NCBI GenBank assembly: GCA_951406725.2
Contig: OX597843.1
Location: forward strand, 17,980,001 to 18,044,000
Direction of reading: 5' to 3'
Source: Octopus vulgaris
Lineage: Eukaryota
Length of the DNA: 64,000 nucleotides
Shown: positions 23,631-37,099 of the stretch, piece by piece
Position numbering within the stretch: the stretch's first letter is position 1
How the letters are laid out: the number at the start of each line of letters is the position of its first letter
Translations under genes and position numbers: made by a program
The notes under the pieces: model-generated
The model's input: the letters and a program-made list of their open reading frames with translations, nothing else
What the model was told of the DNA's origin: nothing
The model's database searches: none

Positions 23631-25139
23631 AAAGGAATCGTGCTCCACCATGTCTTTGCATATTCTTGAAAAATTATTGGAGCCTGGTTGGGAAGTGGTG
23701 CCACATCCACCTTCCACCATCTGATGACCATATTTTGAAATTGGGAAAATAATTCTTTGAATGGTAAAACTTTCAATAATGGTGATGGCCTGAAATCGCA
23801 CTTGCTTCAGCTCTTGGATGATAAGGACCAGAAGTTCTATGAGTGCAGAATCATGAAGCTGCCAAAAAGATGGCAAAAGGTCATCGAACAAAATGGAAAA
23901 CATATAATTGATTAAAGTTCATTGTTTGTATCAACAAAAACAATTTTCATTTCACACTAAAAAACTGAAATTACTTTCTTACCAACCCAATAGAATGTTT
24001 TATAGGAATATTAAATCTACCCCAGCATTTCACTGCTACTTTATTTTATCAACTCTGAGCAATGAAAGGTAAAATGTTTTACTGGAATATTTTAACTACC
24101 CCAATATTTCGCTGGTACTTTATTTCATCAATCCCACAAGGATAAAAGACAAAACTGTCCAACATACTAACAATTTTGTCACCTACTGGCCTGACCCAAC
24201 CCTGTCCAAATTGACCCCAACCAATCTGCTATGACCTCATGGAACTGATATTTCACTCAATCAGAAATTACCACATTTATTTTTGTTATTCTTTAACTCT
24301 AGGTCAACAGATCCAGTAGACAAAATGACCAAAGGCACTCCAACTGTGACCATCTCGTCATTCTTTTTTCAGACAACGTGTAACAAGTCCTCAATGCTCA
24401 ATAAGTGCAAGGATTTGCTTTCTGTAGAGAAAATAATTTTATTTATATTTACAAGACATTGATTCCTGGGTATCAATTTCCTATCTGAGAGCTGAATTTG
24501 TGCTTCAGTACAATCTCCCTAACATGAAAGCTGTAGAGTTAGCATCTGAAAAATAATATTCTGAGATATACCTTCATCATCTGCACATTTGTGGTTTTAT
24601 TGTTCATCCTGATAAGCATTTCTTCAGGATAACACCAAGTTCAAAGGTTTTGTAGGGACCTCGTCAGTTACCAATGAAAGAATCAATGCAATGCTCAACT
24701 ACCTGATCATTCCTCACCTGCTCAGAATCAAGTTCATTATCATTGCTCAATGAATTCAGACATAACATTCCAGAGTTACTTTCATTGCTGTTGTGTAGAG
24801 ATGGACATTGGCGAGCTGGCAGAAACGTTAGCACACTGGGCAAAATGCTTAGCGGTATTTTGTCTGCCGCTACGTTCTGAGTTCAAATACCGCCGAGGTC
24901 GACTTTGCCTTTCATCCTTTCGGGGTCGATAAATTAAGTACCAGTTATGCACTGGGGTCAATATAATCGACTTAATCCGTTTGTCTGTCCTTGTTTGTCC
25001 TCTCTGTGTTTAGCCCCTTGTGGGTAGTAAAGAAATTATTAAAATATCTCTCTGATTATCTTCTCTAAATAGAGAAACCAGAGTCTAAACTCCAGTTCTC
25101 TAAATCATTAATTCTATCACTAAATTCTAACTCTGCCCT

Positions 25140-25560
25140 TGAGGTAACATCTACCCTGAAAGGCAGGTTGTATGATACCTGTGCACAAACAGTCATGCTA
25201 CATGGTTGTGAAACCTGAGCTGCAAATGCAGAAGACATGCAAAGACCAGAAAGAAAGGATTCTCTGATGGATCTACAATGTCAGTGTGCATGCACAGTAA
25301 AGTATGTACCTAGAGAAAGATGGTATAAGCGGCATCAGATGTGGTGTGCAAGAGGGAAGACCACTGTGCTAGTATAGTTGTGTGGTGTGGATTGATTGGG
25401 GATTGGCTGCATAAAGAAGTTGTAAACAAGATGAAGAACGTGTGGAAGAGGAAGGCTAAGGAAGACATGAGACAAAGTGGTGAAGACTGACCTCAAGAGA
25501 TTGAGCCTCTATGAAATAGACAGAAATAAATGGTGATATGCTGTGCTTGAGAAGAACCGT
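25140..25560 (+). mobile_element. Old RTE LINE 3' fragment
   Basis: Decayed paralog of 28700-29130 (ggcaggttgtatgatacctgtg...atcagatgtggtgtgcaagag). Confidence 0.7.
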
Positions 25561-26232
25561 CCATCTCAGCAGAATCAAGGTTCTGTCAAACCTTCCCCCT
25601 GCAACTCAACTTCTGACCCTCTTCCATCAATCTTCCCCGTGACCCTACTTTCTTCACACTTCTTCTCCTTCCGCTGAACTGACATCCTCTGCATCCAACT
25701 CCTTCCCCATCTCTAAATCATCTCTCACACGATTCTCACTCACTTCACTTACCCTAACCAGCCACCTCTTCCACCTGGACCTCACCCCTCTGTCTCTCTT
25801 TTTCCAGGTGGGCAACCCATGTATTCACCTCTTTAGCAACACACCTCCTCTCCCTCTATCAGAATTTATTACCCCTCCGTTCTGTACCCCACTGGTGCCC
25901 GTACCACATGAAAAGCACCCAAAGTTGTTGGCATTAGGAAGGGCATCCAGTTGTAGAAACTCTGTCAGAGCAGACATAAAACCTAGTGCAGCCCTCTGGC
26001 TTGCCTGTTCTTGTTGAACGATCCAACCCATGCCAGCAAGGAAAAAGGGGACACTAAATGATTATGATGCTTAAAAATCAAAGTGAGAAAAGAAATTTAA
26101 TGAACACACACATACACAAAAAAAAAGAAAATGCAACAGGAAGTTCTTTTCTAAAATGAAGCTAAACTTTGTGTCTTGCATTGAACAGTGCTTAATTTTC
26201 TGGGTTTTAGCTCCAAACAACATCATTACAAC

Positions 26233-26440
26233 AGGGTGCTGAAAAGTTCCTGGCTTTGGGTAAAAGAAAATAGAGGAGGATCAATTAATTATGATTTTAT
26301 TCAACATATTTATTCTTGCACTTATTGCAGCAGTCCTTTAGTTTTTCCAAGCCCCGTAAAAGAACTTGCAAGGTTGGGACTCCAACCAGGCCTTTCACAA
26401 TACCCTTCAAGCCAGAAACTCTTCAGAACCCTCTATCTCT
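26233..26440 (+). mobile_element. Non-autonomous Tc1/mariner-like fragment
   Basis: gggtgctgaaaagttcctggcttt terminus; related pieces at ~29500, 30225-30400, 47020-47180 and 63890-64000. Confidence 0.5.
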
Positions 26441-26879
26441 TTGTTTTATTTTGTTACCTGGTATCTTATCCAAATGTTCCATTGTTTGCCCAAATAGCCC
26501 TAATTCTTGGAAATTTCACCACTCTCCCTCTTTCTCTCTCAGTTTGTTAACCACTTGCTTTCCCCACGTTGATTGTTAATTAGTGACTTGCTCTGCCTGT
26601 GGCTGTTCTACGTCAGCTTTAGCCAGGGAATAGGGTAGCCATAATGTTTTGTCGTCTGTGGTGTGCCCTTCCATCCCACCTGTACCAGATGTCTTTCTCC
26701 TGAGTACCCCTAACAGTTAACTATACAGAGGGCTTTCATCCACCATCCTTATCTAGTGTCTCTCTCTCCTGTTGAATGTAATGACGATGAAGTGTATGCA
26801 GGTTGAAGCCTATATGTATGTTTACGAGATCTACCATACACACACGTGCGCTTTCTTTTCAGATGTATAATGCTGCTGT

Positions 26880-29461
26880 CCCCAATCCCAGGAAGTCACC
26901 AGCCCACATCTTCCGCACCCTCAGAGTTGGCACATCGAAAGGTAGGTCTGGTGAGATCGTTGAGATGCTAGAACAGAGATGTGTTGATTTGTGCTGCGTC
27001 CAAGAAGTAAGGAGGAGACAAAGTTCTGCTTGGTTCCTCACAAGCAAAGAACATAGGTATAAGATTTTATGGGTAGGAAACACTGATGGAGTTGAGGGCA
27101 TGGGTATACTTCTTGCAGAGAACTGGGTTTATAAGGTAATCAAGGCAGTCAGAGTCTGTGATAGAATACTTAAGCTTAGACTAGTACTAGAACATGGATT
27201 AGCAACCATTATCTCGGCCTATGCCCCTCAGCCAGGGCTACCTGATGACAGAAAGACTGGTTTTATGACACCATCCTGCAGACTACCTTGTTGACAAATG
27301 ACAGGGACCTTCTCTTTGTGGCTGGCAACTTCAATGGACATGTTGGACAACATCCAGGGAGTTTTTATAGTGTACATAGTCGCAATGGATTTGGTTCCCG
27401 CAGTGAGAGAACCAGGCTGCTGGAGTTCTGTGATGCAAATGATCTTATGATCTGTAATAACTAATTTCAGGAAAGCTGCCAGTCAATGTAGCTGACAGAG
27501 CCATTAGGAAAAAGAAACAGGCGAGGAAGCAGTGGAAGTGTGGTGGTAGCAGGGATCTGTATCAGGTTGCCAGAAGGGAAGCTAGGAGACAGGTTTACTT
27601 AGCCAGAGGGGAAGCAGATAAGAAGAAATTTGCGCATCAGGAATCAGTGGTGAGATGTTTAAAATATCTGGTGGTGTAGGATATAGTCTAGTCACCTGTA
27701 CAGTTAACTAAGTGATACACGAAGGAGTCATACCGAAAGATTGGTGTAACAGCACCATAGTCAACTGCAACAAAGGTAAAGGTGATGCCTTAGAAATAAT
27801 TAGAGGTATCAAATTATTGGATCGGGTGATGAAAATAACAGAGAGGGTCAACTAATTAGGGAGAGAGTTAGTTTAGATGAGATGCAGTTCGGGTTTGTGC
27901 CAGGGAGAAGCACCACTGATGTTATATTTCTGGTAAGACAGCTGCAGGAGAAATTCCCAGCCCAAGATAAACCTCAGTACTTAGCTTTTGTTGACATAGA
28001 GAAAGCTTTTGACAGGGCCCTCCAATCCCTTATCTGGTGGTCAATGCAGAAACTAGGGTTAGATGGATAGATCAGTGGTTGGTGAGAGCTGTACAAGCCA
28101 TGTACAGAGATGCTGTCAGTAAGGTGAGGGTTGGTAACGAGCATAGCAAAGAATTCTGGGTAGAAGTAGGGGTACACCAAGGATCAGTCCTCAGCCCCCT
28201 CTTGTTCATCATAGTCCTCCAGGCAATAACAGAGGAATTCAAGACAGGATGCCCCTGGGAGCTCCTCTATGCTGAAGCACTATCAGAACTGGAGAAGAAG
28301 TTTCAGTTGTGGAAGCAAGGATTAGAATTGAAGGGCCTTAGAGTCAATTTAGCTAAAACCAAAGTCTTAATAAGTAGGAAAGCAGACAAACCACAAATTC
28401 TTTCAAGTAGATGACCCATAAACTGTACCTGGTGTAAGCTAGGTGCAGCAATATCAAAGGAAGGCTCACTGGGAAGATAGTTCTTGTATGGAAGATAGAC
28501 AGGTGCAATAAACACCGAAGATGTACAGAAAACAGATCCCATCACATACCAGGGGGAAAAACTAGAAGTAGTTGATAGCTTCCATTACCTAGGTGACCAA
28601 GTCAGTAGTTGGGGTGGATGCTCTGAGAGCATAACTACTAGAATAAGAATAATCTGGGCAAAGTTCAGAAAGCTCCTGCCTCTGCTGGTGACAAAGGGCC
28701 TCTCGCTCCGAGTGAAAGGCAGACTGTATGATAGCTGTGTGCGAACAGCCATGCTACATGGCAGTGAAATATGAGCTGTGACTGCTGAGGACATGCGTTG
28801 GCTTGAAAGAAACGAAGCTAGTCTGCTCCACTGGATGTATAATGTCGGTGTGCATATAATAGAGAGTGTGAGCACCCTGAGAGAAAAGTTGGATATAAGA
28901 AGCATTAGATGTGGTGTGCAAGAGAGACGACTGCGCTGGTATGGCCATGTGTTGCGTATGGATGAGGACAGCTGTGTGAAGAAGTGTCACACCCTAAAAG
29001 TAGAGGGAACCTGTGGAAGAGGTAGACATGGGATGAGATGGTGAAGCACAACCTTTGAACATTGAGCCTCACAGAGGCAATGACAAGCAACCGAAACCTT
29101 TGGAGATATGCTGTGTTAGAGAAGACCCAGCAAGCCAAGTGAGATCATGGTCATGGCCAATGCCAGTGTTGCATAACTGGCTCATTTAAAAGTATGCTGT
29201 TGGACAATATGCCATGCTTGTGAAGACCGGTTGAATTGAGTGAAATTGTAGTCGTGGCTGATGCCTGACTGGCACCCATGATGGTGGCACGTAAAAGCAC
29301 CCACTACACTCTCAGAGTGGTTAGCATTAGGAAGGGCATCCAGCTGTAGCAGCCTTGCCAGATCAGATTGGAGTCTGGTGCACCCTCATGGCTTGCCAGT
29401 TCTCAGTCAAACCGTCCAACCCATGCCAGCGTGGAAAGCAAATGTTAAATGAAGATGGTGA
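26880..29461 (+). mobile_element. Internally deleted, frameshifted RTE-clade LINE (APE endonuclease + RT + 3' UTR)
   Basis: LCCVQEVR..GVGIL..ISAYAPQ (endonuclease); MQFGFVPGRSTTD..AFVDIEKAFD..VGVHQGSVLSPLLF..LLYA (RT, DD motif deleted); RRLRWYGHV C-terminus. Confidence 0.93.
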
Positions 29462-29899
29462 TTATACATATATATATGCACACACATACCCACAGGAAGA
29501 AATGCTGAAAAATTCCTGGCTTTCGGTAAAAGAAAATATAGGAAGGATCAGTTTATTATGATTTTATTGAACACTAGCACTATGACCCAGCATTGCTGGG
29601 TCATAGTGCTAGTGCATGCATATACAGCTGCATGCGTGCACACACACACACGCGAGTACTGTCCAAATCTCCGCCCAATCACATACAGCTAGCTGGCATT
29701 CAATTGGCGTATCAAGTTTCAGGCATTTTGATTGGGTTTTGGATAGAAAATCCACAAAAAAGTCACTTCTATTTATTTTCTAATGGCTTTGCAAGGTGAC
29801 TGGGGAAATGTAAAGATGTGCATGACCACCCTTGGACGGTTTTGAAAGACCATAGAAAGTGTGAGCCCTCTAACTGAAAAATTGTGCATTTGTATAAAG

Positions 29900-30186
29900 C
29901 ACCATCTGAACGTGGCCGATGCCAGCGCTGCCTCGACTGGCTTCTGTGCCGGTGGCACGTAAAAAGCACCATCCGAACGTGGCCGATGCCAGACTCCCCT
30001 GGCACGTAAAAAGCACCCACTACACTCGCGGAGTGGTTGGCGTTAGGAAGGGCATCCAGCTGTAGAAACACTGCCAGATCAGACTGGAGCTTGGTGCAGC
30101 CTCCTGGCTTCACAGACCCTGGTCGAACCGTCCAACTCGTGCTAGCGCGGAAAACGGACGTTAAACGATGATGATGATGATGATGA
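29900..30186 (+). mobile_element. Solo RTE 3'-UTR copy with (GAT)n tail
   Basis: ggagtggttggcgttaggaagggcatccagctgtag...cggacgttaaacgatgatg. Same module at 16848-17095, 36025-36350, 43560-43995, 48683-49322, 60028-60325, 60635-61140 and 63045-63420. Confidence 0.8.
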
Positions 30187-30899
30187 CACACACGCAGACA
30201 TTTTGTTGTTTATATATATAGATACTCCTCTCTCTGATTCACACACTTATTATAGCAGTTTTCAGTTTTTCTAATCCCTGTAAAAGAACTCGGAAGGTGG
30301 GCCTCCAACCAAGCCTTTTGCAATACCCTTGAAACTAGTAACTTTCCAGCATCTCTTTGCAGTTCTGCTTTCCAAATGACTTCATCATCAATGAAGGGAT
30401 ATTTGGTCACTCGTTTTTATGTCTATTTTTCCATGCTAGCATGGGTTAGATGAATGTTATGGAGGTATTGTCTCACAGCTAGATAACCTTGTTGTCGCTA
30501 ATCCTTACCTGTTTTAAGAGCAAGGGATCTCTTATTCCTTGCAGCTTTGAAGGCTCAAAATGAGTGGTTGATTTCTTGACAAGGAAACTGAGAGTTGACA
30601 TTAGTGGCACACCACAACTTTTACAGGAGCAAAATGTTTTAACACACACACACACACGTTACAAAGTGCTGAAAGGTAGGGACGAGAATTAGTGTTGCGA
30701 AGATTGAGGCATTGGTCCTTTCAAGGGAGTCTTTCCAGGGCACTCTGCATGTTAGTGGAATGTCAGTGAAACAAGTACAAGTTGATCTTGGGGGCCATAT
30801 TCAGAAGAGGAAAGGTTGAATTGGATGCTAGAACTGCAGGGACGGGCACAGTAGTGTGTCAGCTCCAGCATTTGGTCCCCAGAATTGAATGCACGTAGG

Positions 30900-31265
30900 A
30901 ATCCAGCTGGGAAGTGCAATGATGGATGCTTCTGACAGAATCCTACAGGAGGAGGAGGGAGCCCAAGGGCTCAATCCCAAGAGTCTCCACAAGAAGAGTG
31001 GGCAGAGAAGATGGCCGGATGTTGTTTTCTGCAGTAAAGTCCCTCAAAACAGTCTGCAAATATGCCAACAAGGGATCTGATCCTGTAATGTTTGATCTCA
31101 CTTTGGAAAACAGCTGTAATGAAGCAACTGAGTTCTGGCAGGGACAATTCTTCAACAGCAAAACAGCTCTTTGCCCTCTTTTAGCCTTTCCTGTTCTTGA
31201 AGACAGCATTTAACAACATGCTGTCCACTCACAGAATGGCCAACAGGTTTATTTCGCTTCAGCCA
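30900..31265 (+). mobile_element. Decayed Helitron Rep/helicase fragment
   Basis: YRRR...SAVKSLKTVCKYANKGSDPVMF...NE...GQFFNS..A...LLAFPV..VHSQNGQQVYF resembles the Helitron Rep motif KSIKYICKYVNKGSD...GRYISSNEA..RILGFPI..VHLENGQRVYF. Confidence 0.75.
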
Positions 31266-31441
31266 TTGTTGCACAACACAACATCCAAGGGATACAGCAC
31301 TTAGAGTGTTGTTCAAGCTGTGTTAGAAATATCAGCTAAACCTCCCTCAAGGCACACCCTACTGTCTTATGTATGTACGAGCCAAAGCAGGAGACCTCTG
31401 CCAGCCAAATCTTCCTCTAATCACACCTGACTGTTTTATGT

Positions 31442-31732
31442 ATGTATGTATTAGCCAAAGAGGCAGACATCTACATGGTAGCTAGACCTGCTAGAAATAG
31501 CAGCCAAATATTTATCAAAATTACACCCTACTGTCTTATGTATGTATTAGCCAAAGAGGCAGACCTCTACATGGTAGCTAGACCTGCTAGAAATAGCAGC
31601 CAAATATTTATCAAAATTACACCCTACTGTCTTATGTATGTATTAGCCAAAGAGGCAGACCTGTACATGGTAACTAGACCTGCTAGAAACAGCAGCCAAA
31701 TTTCCCCCAAACAACACCCAACTGTCTTATGT
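31442..31732. repeat. 96-bp tandem repeat, 3 copies (plus degenerate flank)
   Basis: Unit tatgtatgtattagccaaagaggcagac...aattacaccctactgtct; visible as a 32-aa repeat in ORF 31442..31798. Confidence 0.9.
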
Positions 31733-33265
31733 AATGAAAGGGACGAGGAAGGATCTCTTTACCTTATCCTATTTGTTCATTCATTTGTCCACTATTAATA
31801 TCTTGGGTTGGCAGAAAATGCATTCAAGGTAGGAGCTTACAGATGGATGCTCCTCCTGTTGCCAACCCTTAGCTATTTTTCAAAGGATTTCTGATTTTAC
31901 AGGTCTTCAAAACTGTAGATCTCAATTTCATTCAAATGAACCTACGGGATGACAACACCGACTCATACATACGAGCAACAGGCTTCTTTCAGATTCTATT
32001 TACCAAACTCGCTAAACAAGGAAAGTAAAGAGCACATCACTGTTTCGTTCAAGTGGATCCTTGGGATAACAACATCCATATAGACATGCACACATGACAG
32101 GCTTCCTACAGTCTCCTCCTATGAGTTTCACTCACAAGGCTTTGGTCAGCCCAGTGCAATAATAGAAGAGATTTGCCCAAGGTGCCATGCAGTGTGACAG
32201 AACCCCAAAACCACAGAGTTAAGGAAATCAAGTCAGTGAATATCCACATCTACATATGAGAGGATTCTTTCAGTTTCCTCCTACCAAATTCACTCACAAG
32301 GGCTATAATAGAAGACATAAGGCGGCAAGCAGGCAGAAACGTTAGCACGCCAGGTGAAATGCATAGCTGTATTTCGTCTGCCATTACGTTCTGAGTTCAA
32401 ATTCCACCGAGGTCGACTTTGCCTTTCATCCTTTCAGGGTCGATTGAATAAGTACCAGTTATGCACTGGGGTCGATATAATCGACTTAATCTGTTTGTCT
32501 GTCCTTGTTTGTCCCCTCTGTATTTAGCCCCTTGTGGGTAGTAAAGAGATAGGTATTTTGTTTGCCACTACGTTCTGGGTTCAAATTCTGCCGAGGTCGA
32601 CTTTGCCTTTCATCCTTTCGGGGTCAATTGAATAAGTACCAGTTACGCACTGGGGTCGATATAATCGACTTAATCCGTTTGTCCGTCCTTGTTTGTACCC
32701 TCTGTGTTTAGCCCCTTGTGGGTAGTAAAGAAATATATAATAGAAGACATTTGGCCAAGGTTTCATGCAGTGGGACTGAACCCAGAACCATGTGACTAGG
32801 AAGTGAACCCCTTAACCACACAGCTACACCTACACCATATAACATCCATGCTGGCATCGGTTGGACAGTTTGGCAGGATCCAAAGATTGTATCATGCTCA
32901 GGTGTCTGCTTTGGCATCGTTTTTGACAGCTGGATGCATTTTTCAAGCCATGCAGCTTGCAAGTCAATAAAAACTGAGCAGGAGGGGGCTGGGAGTACGT
33001 TGTCATATTAGATGAAGGTCGAACTGTTAGGGTAGAGCAGCTACATGGCTACATAATTAAAAACAAATCCACTGGCAACACTGTTTCCATTCAGAACTGT
33101 ACAAAAAGTAACAGAACTTGTTACAAGAATTTTTAGATCTTTTTGAGAACTGTCACAGATTTCATATTTTTTCAATTTTGTTCCAATAGTTTTTCTAATT
33201 TATATTTAGTTATGATGACTTAGTTTTGCCTGCTAATTAAGAAAATGAATCTCATTTTTGACATA

Positions 33266-33565
33266 TCTTTATATATAAAGCTGAATTTGTGTGTGTGAGT
33301 CTGTCTACTCCGATTTAGATTCCTAACTACTCCGACATTTTGCGGTGCAGTTTAACCAAAAGCAGGTATCTTATAGTCGTGATTCATTTCGAGCCCTTCT
33401 GGGTATTAGCACGCGTCTATGATGAGTCTATGATTTTAAAAAAAAAATTACCATCATTTTTTCAATGCATTTTTTGCTCGGTTTATATAAGGGAAGTAAC
33501 TCTCTAAAAATGCTTATATAGTTATTTCCCTTACAAACCCGAGCAACGCCGGGCGATACTGCTAG
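33266..33565 (+). mobile_element. Non-autonomous Helitron-like element
   Basis: A|TC...cccgagcaacgccgggcgatactgCTAG|T; same 3' end as 15383-15715. Confidence 0.78.
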
Positions 33566-34894
33566 TATTAAATAAAAAGTTAATAAACTTTTAAAGTTTG
33601 CAAATTTGGGGTAGTTTTGACGAATTGAAAGCCATCATTACACACACGACCATAAACCTTACATTGGCATCTGTTTCCATAGTAACGAGCCCGGTTTTCA
33701 TTATAACAAAGACACTGTTTGTTGCGTGACTGTGATACTTTCACAACAAATTCTGTAATCAATATTGTTGTTGTTGTTATTTCTGTTTTTCATTCTGTAA
33801 CAAACCACAAAGAAAATATGCAGTTTCCAGTTCCTAGATTCCGATTCAACTAAAATGATCAACTTTTGAACTCCATTCCTAAATTTTCCTGGGAATTGGG
33901 ATTCCAGCATGAAAAATTACACCAAAATACCAAATTTGAAAATTTCCAGATCAGAGGTAACTACCAAAAAGGTCCAGATTGATTTTCCCATGTTGCGAGG
34001 GTTCTATGCGTAGTTCCTACCACCCCACCCACTGCCCTTCAGGCAAACAGCAAACCAACACAAACATACTCATGCTCAACAATGTCACAAGTCAAATCAA
34101 TCAATACAGAATAAATCACTTTTATTGATACATAATACAGATCGGTTATTGATATATTGGTTACAAACTGAGATTTGGTTTATTCATATCAGTCTTTAGA
34201 CTGTGGTCATACTGGAACACAAACTTCTGGGCAAGGTTTTAGTCAATTACAGCAATCCCCCTTCATACTTCTGGTACTTAGTTTATTGATCTGAGACATA
34301 TGGCTAAGTCCACCTTGGCACAAAATGGACATATGTTATGTGTGTGATGCACTGATTGTCTTCGGCCAGTCTTCGTCAGTAAGTGTAAGACACAAAACAC
34401 AAATCATTTATTTCATTACCTTTCTGGAACCCAAGGTTTCATGTAAATGGAAATCACCATTTATTCAGCCACAATTCAACTCACAAATGATACCCCACTA
34501 GTACAGTGTGTGTGTATGTTAATTATAGGATTCATTACCCATCAACAGGTAGGGTGCCAGAAATGGTTAGGCACAATAAGGTCCATCATGAGGTAAAACA
34601 ACCATGAAGGTATCGTGTGTTGGTAGGATACTGCAGATATCTAAATACCAAATCCAGTTTAAACTATAGATCTAACACAGAACTGGTTCCAGGTGTGGTG
34701 TAGGTGTAAAAACGAACACAAATGGAATGTAAAATTTACTACAGCCACTTTGGTAGAATACTGATGTATTCATAGATTATATCATAGCATACAATCCACC
34801 ATCTTCAGGCAAAATTTTGAACAGGTAAAAACAAGTGAGATAATACCTTAATGATGAATCCAATCAACATTTTGGGATAAGTGGTGTGAGTATG

Positions 34895-34930
<36 letters not shown>

Positions 34931-36825
34931 TCATATATATCTACATCCTGCATACACCCTTATATATGCACAGACACACACACATATGTATATACATACA
35001 CATTTTATGAGAGCCTTTTGCAGAAGACCTAGTTGACAAATGAGTGCGTTTTCTGCATTCACCTATTCTCGATATATTCCTGGTTCCTCCCGGGTGATCC
35101 TTCAAGCAGAGTGCCAGTCAATCCTCATCTGCCCTGGCCATGTGGTGTATGCCCAACACAAGACATTAACCCCAGACATCCTCAGTGAAGGGAACATGGT
35201 AAGCAGGGCCTGATTCAGAAGACTGATCGACATGGCCAAACAGTCGGAGCTGGTGCTCCCAAATCACACAAGCAACAAGAAGCATACCAGTTTCTGGATA
35301 GAATCATTGGTTGGCTGTAAAATCCAACCAATCACCTGAATAGAAGCTACAACAAAAGACCCTTGTCTGATGTAGCATGCAATGGGATTGAACTCATAGC
35401 CATGTTGTTGCAAAGTGAACCTCTTAACCATATACTTATAACTCCATAAATATTACAGGATCATATAAAAATGCCTTGAGGCATTTGGTTCAGCTTTTAA
35501 CAGTCTGAGTTCAAATCCTGCTGAGATCAACTTTACCTTTCATTCGTACAAGGTGGATAAAGTACCAGTCACATATTAGGGCCAATATAATTGACAATTC
35601 CCCTCCCTCAATATTCTGGCCTTTTGCCTATATAAGAAAAAAAATTAATATCAATTAGAGCGGCTGTGTGGTAAGTAGCTTGCTTACCAACCACATGGTT
35701 CCGGGTTCAGTCCCACTGCGTGGCACCTTGGGCAAGTGTCTTCTACTATAGCCTCGGGCCGACCAATGCCTTGTGAGTGGATTTGGGAGACGGAAACTGA
35801 AAGAAGCCTGTTGTATATATGTATATATATATATATGTATGTATGTTTGTATGTCTGTGTTTGTCCCCCTAGCAGAAGACACTTGCCCAAGATGCCACGC
35901 AGTGGGACTGAACCCAGAACCATGTGGTTGGTTAGCAAGCTACTTACCACACAGCCACTCCTGCGCCTATGATATAAATCACTACTGTGTAGAATTAGAC
36001 ATTGAAACATCTCAATCATCTTTCATCATCATCATCATCATCATTTAACGTCCGTTTTCCATGCTAACATTGGTTGAACGGTTCAACTGGGGTCTGGGAA
36101 GCCAGAAGGTTGCACCAGGCTCCGGTCTTATCTGGCAAAGTTTCTACAGCTGGATGCCCTTCCTAATGCCAACCACTCCGTGAGTGTAGTGGGTGCTTTT
36201 TACGTGCCACCTGCACAGGTGCCAGGCGAGGCTGGCAACAGCCACGATCGGATTGGTGCATTTTACGTGCCACCGGCACAGGCATCGGCCACGATTCGGA
36301 TAGCGCTTTTTACGTGCCACCAGCACGGAAGCCAGTCCATGTGGCGCTGGCTAAAACCATTACAGAGTAACAGAGAGAGAGAGAGACATTATTTACTGAC
36401 TGAGCATATCATAAACACTTCCTTCTCCTCAGATACATTATAAACAGAGAGAATAAGAGAAAGAGAGAGGAGGGATATTATATAAATCTTTTTATCTTTC
36501 ATTTGTTTCACCCATAAGACTGTGGTCATGCTGGAGTACAGTGTTGAAGACTTTTTTAGTCAAATGAATCAACCCCAGGACTTGTCTTTTTTATAAAGCC
36601 TGGTACTTATTCTATCAGTCTCTTTTGCTGAACTGCTAAGTAACCACAACACTACCAGTTGTTAAGCAGTGGCAACACACATATACATATATATATGACA
36701 GGCTTCTTTCAGTTTCTGTCTACCAAATCCACTCACAAGGCTTTGGTCAGCCCGAGGCTATAGTATAAGATACTTGCCCAAGGTGCCATGCAGTGGGACT
36801 GAACCCAGAGCCATTATATATATAT

Positions 36826-37051
36826 GTCAATTATTCGATAGCCATGATAAAACTCCGAGTTTCGGAGGCCGAGATGGAAATCCATGTCTCCATCTCTTCA
36901 GTTATCCGGCCATCGGAAAAATACTGTATCCGAAACTCAGAGTTTTATCATGGCTCCCGAATAATTGTCACGTATTATATATACAGATAAATTCCTCTAT
37001 TTACATAATATCGAGGTCTCTTTCATTCTTTTGTTGTCTTACCATTTCCAT

Positions 37052-37055
<4 letters not shown>
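36826..37055. mobile_element. Inverted-repeat element in (AT)n carrying a canonical-core hammerhead motif (36846-36906, minus strand)
   Basis: Minus strand GATAA-CTGAAGA-[helix II]-GAAAC TCGGAG TT-TTATC. Arms caattattcg..gccatgataaaactc..gagtttcgga / tccgaaactc..gagttttatcatggc..cgaataattg. Confidence 0.7.
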
Positions 37056-37097
<42 letters not shown>

Positions 37098-37099
37098 GT

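Larger units (their letters stand above)
22483..23992 (+). mobile_element. Degenerate mariner transposon (3' part), interrupted at ~22783-23627
   Basis: IITGDQKWIVYN..RKRS..ELHKKKVILSIW..NSDIHCQQLMKL, then after the insert KGIVLHH..GWEVVPHPP..KLPKRWQKVIEQNG. Right TIR aaaaactgaaattactttcttaccaacccaa-TA. Confidence 0.9.
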
